Shown in pieces: positions 57,428 to 64,000 of a stretch of 64,000 bases of DNA. How positions within the stretch are numbered: position 1 is the first letter of the stretch; each line of letters begins with the position of its first letter. The stretch comes from an uncultured Pelagibacteraceae bacterium (GTDB lineage Bacteria; Pseudomonadota; Alphaproteobacteria; Pelagibacterales; Pelagibacteraceae). Location of the stretch: the NCBI GenBank assembly GCA_902528135.1, contig CABZRS010000002.1, positions 15,409 through 79,408 on the forward strand, read 5' to 3'. The translations under genes were made by a program, and so were the position numbers. The notes beneath the pieces were generated by a model that searched no databases, was not told where the DNA came from, and was given only the letters and a program-made list of their open reading frames with translations.

Positions 57428-58858
57428 TTAATTCCAACCGGTAATTGCTTTAACTTCTAAAAATTCAGTGAAACCCCAGACACCACCTTCACGACCATTA
57501 CCAGATTGTTTATAACCACCAAAAGGCATGCCAGTATCAGTGGATTGACCATTTATATAAACTGTTCCAGCTCTAACTTTTCTAGCAACTCTTTTAGCTT
57601 TTTCTTTATCTTCAGTTTGTAAGTAATTACCAAGTCCATAAGATGTATCATTTGTAATTGCTATTGCTTCTTCCTCGGTTTCAAATGGTATAATTGAAAG
57701 CACTGGTCCAAAAATTTCAGTTCTTGCAATTTTCATGTCATTATTTACATCTGAAAAAATTGTTGGTTTAACAAAATAACCTTTGTTAAGTCCATTTGGC
57801 AAATCTGGTCCACCCGCAGCTAACGTTGCACCTTCATTAATCCCTTCATTAATAAGATTTACTACTTTATCATATTGTACTTTTGAAACTAAAGGTCCAA
57901 TATGATCTCCTTTTTTAGATGCAAGATCTACTTTAATTTTATTTGCTTCATCAACAGCTTCTTTAACAGCTCTTTCATAAATTGGTTTTTCAACCAACAT
58001 TCTTGTTGGAGCATCACATGATTGTCCTGAGTTGCTCATTATATTTCTTACACCATCTCTAACGGCATTTGGATAAGAGTCCGCAAAAACTATATTTCCA
58101 CCTTTTCCACCCAATTCAAGAGTAACTTTTTTTATAGTATCTGCTGCATTTTTTTGAATTAATTTTCCAGCTCTTGTTGATCCTGTGAACGAGACCATAT
58201 CTATGTCAGCATGACCAGAAATATGATTTCCAACAACTTCTCCATTTCCATTTACTAAATTAAAAACTCCAGCAGGAAAGCCAGCTTCGTCAATCATTTC
58301 TGCAAACAATACTGCTGATACTGGAGCAATTTCAGATGGTTTTAAAATCATTGTACATCCAGCAGCTAAAGCAGGAATAACCTTTAATACGATTTGGTTC
58401 ATAGGAAAATTCCAAGGCGTTATTAATCCACAAACTCCAATTGGTTCATATCTAATATGATTATTAGATTTAGGATCAAATTGATGTTCAAAATTAAAAT
58501 TTTTTAAAATTTCAATGTTATTTCTACAAATATCTGCACCCATTTTAGTGTGAGTTTCGGAAGCAAAATCTAGTGGAGCGCCCATTTCTTTAGATTGAGC
58601 CTCAACCATTTCATCCCATCTTCTATTATAAATTTCATCAAACTTTTCAAGTAAAGCTAACCTTTCTTGCTTTGTAGTTTCTCTCCAAGTCTCAAATGCG
58701 ATCTTGGCGGCATTTATTGCTTTATCTGCATCTTCAGCAGAGCCTAAAGATATTATTGCAAAAGCTTCCTCAGTTGAGGGATTAATTACTTCAAAGTCAT
58801 TTGGTTTAGCTGGAGCAACCCACTTTCCATTTATATAAAAATTTTTCTTTTCAATCAT
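57428..58858 (-). CDS. Aldehyde dehydrogenase
   Basis: ITPWNFP, KPSE, FTGS, LELGGK, GQSCDAPTR, EIFGPV, FGGYKQSGNGREGG. Confidence 0.92.
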   Translation of the reverse strand: MIEKKNFYINGKWVAPAKPNDFEVINPSTEEAFAIISLGSAEDADKAINAAKIAFETWRETTKQERLALLEKFDEIYNRRWDEMVEAQSKEMGAPLDFASETHTKMGADICRNNIEILKNFNFEHQFDPKSNNHIRYEPIGVCGLITPWNFPMNQIVLKVIPALAAGCTMILKPSEIAPVSAVLFAEMIDEAGFPAGVFNLVNGNGEVVGNHISGHADIDMVSFTGSTRAGKLIQKNAADTIKKVTLELGGKGGNIVFADSYPNAVRDGVRNIMSNSGQSCDAPTRMLVEKPIYERAVKEAVDEANKIKVDLASKKGDHIGPLVSKVQYDKVVNLINEGINEGATLAAGGPDLPNGLNKGYFVKPTIFSDVNNDMKIARTEIFGPVLSIIPFETEEEAIAITNDTSYGLGNYLQTEDKEKAKRVARKVRAGTVYINGQSTDTGMPFGGYKQSGNGREGGVWGFTEFLEVKAITGWN

Positions 58859-58879
58859 GAACTTATTGTAGCATAAAAT

Positions 58880-59821
58880 TTAAATTTCATAACCTTTTTC
58901 TTCAGGCTCATTGTCAATTAACTCCTCAGGAAAACCTTCAGCTCTAAAATTAATTTTATTTAAGTCTTCCATTCTTTTTACTATCATCGAGGACCAAGCT
59001 CTTGATCCATATTTTTTTTGACCATCCTTAAATATGTCAACAATTTTTGGAGAAATTTCTAAAGGTGCATTTAATTTTTTTGCTAGTTCATCAAACAGAC
59101 CTGTATCCTTTAAAACAAGATCCATAGTAAAGTTAATATTATAAGAACCATTTAATATAACTTGGCTTTCTGTTTCATGTACGAATGAATTACCTGATGA
59201 CACAGCAATTCCTTTATAAGCTTTTGTAAGATCTAGGTTTGATTTTTTTGCAATTGTCCATGCTTCACCTAGTGCAACCAAATGTGTAGAGGCTAAATAG
59301 TTTGTAATTACTTTGAGAACAGAAGCAGTACCTAATTCTCCAGTATGTAATATTTTACGCCCCATTACAGTTAAAGCAGGTAATACTTTCTCAAATGCCT
59401 CCCTTTCTCCACCAACAAATATTGCTATATTTCCAGATGCTGCTCTATGACAGCCACCGCTTACTGGACCATCTAGTGGTATAGCTTTTTTTTCAATAAC
59501 TTTCTGTCCAATTCTTTTAACTTCTGCCTCATCTGTAGTGCTCATTTCTAACCAAATTTTATTTTCAGAAAGACCTTCTAGAATTCCGTTATCCCCCTCC
59601 ATCACCTCTGCACAAATTTCAGGAGAGGGAAGACAAGTTATTATTAAATCAACTTCCTCAGCCAGTTCTTTAGCAGAGTTCGCAATTCTAGCCCCCATGC
59701 TTTCAAATTGTTTTGTTAAATTTTTATCTAAATCTTTAACTGTTAAATTAAATTTATTCCTCAATAAACTCCCAGCTAGTTTTCCTCCAACATTTCCCAA
59801 GCCAATAAATCCTATATTCAT
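58880..59821 (-). CDS. 3-hydroxyisobutyrate dehydrogenase family NAD(P)-dependent oxidoreductase
   Basis: GFIGLGNVG, CLPSP, EMST, D.PVSGG, K...N. Confidence 0.85.
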   Translation of the reverse strand: MNIGFIGLGNVGGKLAGSLLRNKFNLTVKDLDKNLTKQFESMGARIANSAKELAEEVDLIITCLPSPEICAEVMEGDNGILEGLSENKIWLEMSTTDEAEVKRIGQKVIEKKAIPLDGPVSGGCHRAASGNIAIFVGGEREAFEKVLPALTVMGRKILHTGELGTASVLKVITNYLASTHLVALGEAWTIAKKSNLDLTKAYKGIAVSSGNSFVHETESQVILNGSYNINFTMDLVLKDTGLFDELAKKLNAPLEISPKIVDIFKDGQKKYGSRAWSSMIVKRMEDLNKINFRAEGFPEELIDNEPEEKGYEI

Positions 59822-60684
59822 TAATTTGCCTCCTCTTTCTTTTTATATAATATCATTATGACACCAAATATTATTACTACTCCTCCAATAAATAATTCAC
59901 TTGTTGGTTTTTCACCTAATAAAAATATTGCAGCAAGCAATCCAGTGGGTGGTATACCCATAGTTACTATTGGTAATACTTTATATAATGGATTATTTTT
60001 TAGAACATAATAAAAACAACCATAAGTAATTGGCTGCATAATAAATCCTATGTAAAATGCTATTAACCAATGATTAAATTTAGCAGTTGATAAATATGAT
60101 ACGGTATCACCTTCAATTACCGTAGAAATTAAAATTAAAGTGGGTCCAGAAAATAATGCAAGCCACGCAACTAAAGCTAAAGGATTAATTTCTTTACTCA
60201 AAGGTTTAACAATAACTTGGCCAAGTGCCCATATTGCTGAACCTAAAATTGTAAGAGCGATCCCAAATATTTTTCCATCTAAATTAGGTGAGCCAGTTAA
60301 AATATAAACTCCTACAAATGCAATTCCTATCCCAATCAAAGCTCTTAAAGTTGGTTTCTCTTTCAACATGAAAAAAGCAAATATTACCCCAAATGGAACT
60401 TCTGTTTGTACTAATAATACTGCTGCAGATGCATCAATAAAATTTAAACCAGTATAGGTAATACTGTATTGCAGGGTGTTTGCTATAAACGAAGCTATAA
60501 AAATTTTTTTTAAAAAACCTTTCGGAATAGGAAACCACCAAATTAAAATAGAAGCAGCAAAAATAAATCTTAATCCCATTAGAAGTATTGGAGGAAAAGA
60601 CTCAAAAGCAGGTTTGGCAATTACAAAACCAAAACCTAAAAAGATAGGAACAAGTGATGCAACTAAAGTGTCTTTAAAATTCAT
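59821..60684 (-). CDS. DMT/EamA family transporter
   Basis: FPPILLMGLRF, about 10 TM segments, two EamA repeats. Confidence 0.87.
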   Translation of the reverse strand: MNFKDTLVASLVPIFLGFGFVIAKPAFESFPPILLMGLRFIFAASILIWWFPIPKGFLKKIFIASFIANTLQYSITYTGLNFIDASAAVLLVQTEVPFGVIFAFFMLKEKPTLRALIGIGIAFVGVYILTGSPNLDGKIFGIALTILGSAIWALGQVIVKPLSKEINPLALVAWLALFSGPTLILISTVIEGDTVSYLSTAKFNHWLIAFYIGFIMQPITYGCFYYVLKNNPLYKVLPIVTMGIPPTGLLAAIFLLGEKPTSELFIGGVVIIFGVIMILYKKKEEAN

Positions 60685-60744
60685 TCAATTCACTTAATAT
60701 TAATGATTATTCAAGAACTTATGATATATTCACTCTTTTAAAAT

Positions 60745-61485
60745 ATGAATTCAACAAAAATAGAACCAAAATACATAAGTAAATCAAATCCACGAGTTGG
60801 CCTTATTGCTCTTGCAAGTGATTTTATGATTGAAAGAGATTTTATAAATGTAATTAAAGATAGAGAAATTGATTTTTTTGTTAATAGAATAGAGTGTTAT
60901 AATCCTTTAACCAAAGAAAATCTGATTAAAATGTCAGATAAAGTAACCAGTGTAACAAAAGATATTTTACCAGATCAAGATATTGATTGCGTAGTTTATG
61001 GATGTACTTCTGGAACTATTGCAGCAGGCTATAACTCTATTAAGCAAAAGGTAAAAGCAGCAAAACCAATGGCCCAGGTTACGACGCCAAGCACAGCTGC
61101 AATAAAAGCATTAAAAAAGTTAAATATTAAAAAGTTATCACTATTTACCCCCTACAGCAAAAAACTTAATGATGAGGTTATGGAATATTTTAAGTCAGAG
61201 GGATTTGAGATAACATCCAATTCATACTTTGATATAGAGGCAGATTATGACATAGGCAAAGTAGACCAAAATTATTTGTATGATGTCTTGTCTAAAATAG
61301 ATTTAAATGGAGCAGATGCATTATTTGTATCTTGTACAGCTCTTCCTGTATTGCCAATAATTGATAAACTTGAAAAAAAACTTAACACGATTGTTTTATC
61401 AAGCAATCAGGCATTAATTTGGGATACTCTTGTCCAAATTAATAAAAATAACCTAGTAGAAGGTTTTGGCAAATTATTCAGATAG
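60745..61485 (+). CDS. eutA: Asp/Glu racemase-maleate isomerase family protein, EutA-like
   Basis: GLIALASD...ERD, YGCTSG, TPY, FVSCTAL, SSNQA; adjacent to ectoine hydrolase. Confidence 0.72.
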   Translation: MNSTKIEPKYISKSNPRVGLIALASDFMIERDFINVIKDREIDFFVNRIECYNPLTKENLIKMSDKVTSVTKDILPDQDIDCVVYGCTSGTIAAGYNSIKQKVKAAKPMAQVTTPSTAAIKALKKLNIKKLSLFTPYSKKLNDEVMEYFKSEGFEITSNSYFDIEADYDIGKVDQNYLYDVLSKIDLNGADALFVSCTALPVLPIIDKLEKKLNTIVLSSNQALIWDTLVQINKNNLVEGFGKLFR

Positions 61486-61491
61486 AAATTT

Positions 61492-62661
61492 ATGTCATTT
61501 TCCAAAGACGAATACAAACAAAGATTAAAAAAAGTTCAATCGATGATGCAGGATAAAGGTATCGAACTATTGATTTCTCACGATACTAATAACATGAATT
61601 ATTTAACTGGTTATGACGCCTGGTCTTTTTATTATGCACAGTGTGCAATTGTTCATGTTAATGCTGATGAGCCTTTATGCTTTGTAAGAGCGCAAGACTC
61701 AGGAGGTGCGTATATTAAAACTTATCTGAAAGATCAAAATATAATTGTTTATGATGAAAATTATATTCATACATGGCCAAAACATCCTTACGATTATTTA
61801 GTTCAGATTATCAAAGATAGAAATTGGGATAAGCTTTCAATTGGGGTTGAAATGGATGCTCATTATTTTACTGCTTTTTGCTATGAAAAGATAAAACATG
61901 GTTTACCAAATGCAAAAATAAAAGACTCAGAGAGATTAGTTAACTGGGCAAGATTTGCAAAATCTGATGCAGAAATTAATTATATGAAAACTGCTGCACT
62001 AATTTCAGAAAAAGGAATGAGGACTGCAATGGAGGTAATAAAACCAGGAGTAAGACAATGCGATGCAGTCGGTGAAATACAAAAAACTTTATTTTATGGG
62101 ACACCTCAGTTTGGTGGAGAGTATTCTAGTATCGCTACACTTTTACCAACAGGAAAAGGAACATCTGCCTCTCATTTGACAGCAACACAGGACAAGTTTG
62201 TTGAAGGCGAAGCGACAATCGTTGAGTTATCTGGAGTTTATAAAAGGTATCATGCGCCGATGGCCAGAACAGTCTTACTCGGAAAACCGGATCAATTAAA
62301 AATAGACACGATGAACAAAACTATCGAAGCTCTTCAAGCTGGAATTGATGCTACAAAACCTGGGAATACAGCTAATGATGTAGCGCAAGCTTTTTGGGGT
62401 ATTTTAGATAAATATGGAATAGAGAAAAAATCGAGAACTGGTTATTCAATTGGAATTGGTTACCCACCAGATTGGGGTGAGCATACTCTTAACATATATA
62501 AAGGAGAAATGACTGAACTAGTACCGAATGCGTGTTTTCATATGATAGCTGTAATGCAATTTGGTGATTGGGGAGTTGAAGCATCTGAAGCTATAAGAGT
62601 TACAGATAAAGGGTGTGAATTATTTTGTAATTTTTCAAAAGAGTTACATATTAAAAGCTAA
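61492..62661 (+). CDS. doeA: Ectoine hydrolase (M24 fold, DoeA/EutD)
   Basis: F...EY..RL.K, NMNYLTGYD.WSFY, LVNW.R..KS, RYH.P..RT, GYSIG..YPPDWGE.T. Confidence 0.82.
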   Translation: MSFSKDEYKQRLKKVQSMMQDKGIELLISHDTNNMNYLTGYDAWSFYYAQCAIVHVNADEPLCFVRAQDSGGAYIKTYLKDQNIIVYDENYIHTWPKHPYDYLVQIIKDRNWDKLSIGVEMDAHYFTAFCYEKIKHGLPNAKIKDSERLVNWARFAKSDAEINYMKTAALISEKGMRTAMEVIKPGVRQCDAVGEIQKTLFYGTPQFGGEYSSIATLLPTGKGTSASHLTATQDKFVEGEATIVELSGVYKRYHAPMARTVLLGKPDQLKIDTMNKTIEALQAGIDATKPGNTANDVAQAFWGILDKYGIEKKSRTGYSIGIGYPPDWGEHTLNIYKGEMTELVPNACFHMIAVMQFGDWGVEASEAIRVTDKGCELFCNFSKELHIKS

Positions 62662-62706
62662 TTAAGTGTTGCAAACAACTTAACTAAATGTTTTAAAAAC
62701 TAACTT

Positions 62707-63792
62707 ATGTCAAAAAAAGAAGATTTCGTAAAATTTGATAAAGTCGACAAAAGCTACGATGGAAAAGTATTAGTAGTTAAAGATTTAAATTTAGATATCG
62801 AAGAGGGTGAGTTCGTAACAATGCTTGGACCCTCTGGTTCAGGAAAAACTACATGTTTAATGATGCTTGCTGGTTTTGAAACACCGACTAATGGAGAAAT
62901 TTATTTAGATAAAAATCCAATTTCAAATATTCCTCCACATAAAAGAGGTATTGGAATGGTTTTTCAAAATTATGCTCTATTTCCTCATATGACAGTTTTT
63001 GAAAATTTAGCATTTCCTTTAAGGGTAAGAAAAATTTCAAAAGAAGATATTGACAAAAAAGTTGATAAAGCTTTATCAATGGTTTCATTGTCAGAATTTG
63101 GAAATCGTATGCCAGGACAACTATCTGGTGGTCAACAACAGAGAGTAGCAGTAGCAAGAGCATTGGTATTTGATCCATCTGTAGTTTTAATGGACGAACC
63201 TTTAGGTGCTTTAGATAAAAATTTAAGAGAGAGTATGCAGTATGAAATTAAACATATTCATGAGAATATTGGCGTAACAGTTGTGTATGTTACTCACGAT
63301 CAAGGTGAAGCATTAACAATGTCAAACAGAATAGCAGTATTCAATGATGGTAAAGTTCAGCAACTTTCAAGTCCAGATAAGTTATATGAAGAACCTGTAA
63401 ATTCTTTCGTCGCAGAGTTTATTGGAGAGAATAATACTTTCGCTGGAGAAATTTCAGATATATCAAATGGATCCTGTAAAGTTAAACTAGACAAGGGTGA
63501 AATAATCGCAAATCCAATTTCAGTTAAATCTGTTGGTGAAAAAACTACCGTTTCAATTAGACCTGAAAGAGCATTGATTAATCCTGAACATAAAATGGAT
63601 AACAATCAAAAAGGTAAAATAGAAGAGGTTATATATCATGGTGACCACACAAGAGTGAGACTTAACTTGCTCGGAAATTCAGAATTTATCCTAAAAGTTC
63701 CAAATAGTTCTCAGAATTTAGATATTAAACTTGGAAACGAGATTAATATTGGTTGGAATAGTCATGACGCTAGAGCTTTAGACCCGAAATAA
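62707..63792 (+). CDS. PotA-like ABC ATP-binding protein
   Basis: GPSGSGKTT, MVFQNYALFPH, LSGGQQQR, MDEPLGALD, C-terminal TOBE-like domain. Confidence 0.9.
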   Translation: MSKKEDFVKFDKVDKSYDGKVLVVKDLNLDIEEGEFVTMLGPSGSGKTTCLMMLAGFETPTNGEIYLDKNPISNIPPHKRGIGMVFQNYALFPHMTVFENLAFPLRVRKISKEDIDKKVDKALSMVSLSEFGNRMPGQLSGGQQQRVAVARALVFDPSVVLMDEPLGALDKNLRESMQYEIKHIHENIGVTVVYVTHDQGEALTMSNRIAVFNDGKVQQLSSPDKLYEEPVNSFVAEFIGENNTFAGEISDISNGSCKVKLDKGEIIANPISVKSVGEKTTVSIRPERALINPEHKMDNNQKGKIEEVIYHGDHTRVRLNLLGNSEFILKVPNSSQNLDIKLGNEINIGWNSHDARALDPK

Positions 63793-63890
63793 GCCAAATA
63801 TCTAATAATTACCAAAATCCCCTGTTGACTCTCTTTTGCTATGTTGCTGTACTTCGTTTTTTATAAAAAAAACGTTTAAACGGAGGATAA

Positions 63891-64000
63891 ATGAAAAAAT
63901 TAAGTAAATTATTACTTGCCGTAACTTTTGCTATCTCAGTATCTTCATCAGCATTTGCAGTAGTCGTTGCATCATGGGGTGGAGCTTACACAGAAAGTCA
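63891..64000 (+). CDS. PotD-like ABC substrate-binding protein, 3'-truncated by window edge
   Basis: GGAGG RBS; translates MKKLSKLLLAVTFAISVSSSAFA-VVVASWGGAYTES (signal peptide plus SWGG motif); absent from the ORF track because it has no stop. Confidence 0.8.
   Translation, partial: MKKLSKLLLAVTFAISVSSSAFAVVVASWGGAYTES

Noticed and set aside
62662-62683. Imperfect inverted repeat TTAAGTGTT-GCA-AACAACTTAA between doeA and potA
   Set aside because: AT-rich and weak with no U tract; cannot distinguish operator, promoter or chance
1-64000. Mobile elements, prophage, defence systems, tRNA/rRNA
   Set aside because: No integrase, transposase, phage or nuclease motifs; intergenic gaps are short and none showed tRNA-like structure by eye

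Overview
AT-rich, gene-dense bacterial DNA with very short intergenic spacers and about 65 CDS. I found no rRNA, tRNA, CRISPR, integrase or transposase, and no transcription-factor gene. Composition and gene content point to a streamlined marine alphaproteobacterium, most likely SAR11/Pelagibacterales (inference). About 1-23 kb holds an IOR-family enzyme, an HDAC-family protein, msrB, a passenger-less inverse-autotransporter barrel with a secreted partner, grxC, a LysE/RhtB exporter with a structured leader, two Liv-type ABC systems, azlCD, glaH/csiD and a proC-like gene. About 23-61 kb looks like a catabolic island for quaternary amines and betaines. It contains a trigonelline-pathway-like set (TgnB/C/D/F-like), an Xsc-like ThDP enzyme, a BetA-like GMC oxidoreductase, a gamma-butyrobetaine to carnitine to glycine betaine route (BBOX, CdhABC-like), a BesD-like hydroxylase, a class II aldolase, a betaine-type ABC transporter with a fused double permease and two ATPases, two atypical homocysteine methyltransferases and a NylB-like hydrolase. 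The window ends with eutA/doeA-like ectoine genes and a PotA/PotD-like transporter. All assignments come from motif recognition by eye; no database searches were run.
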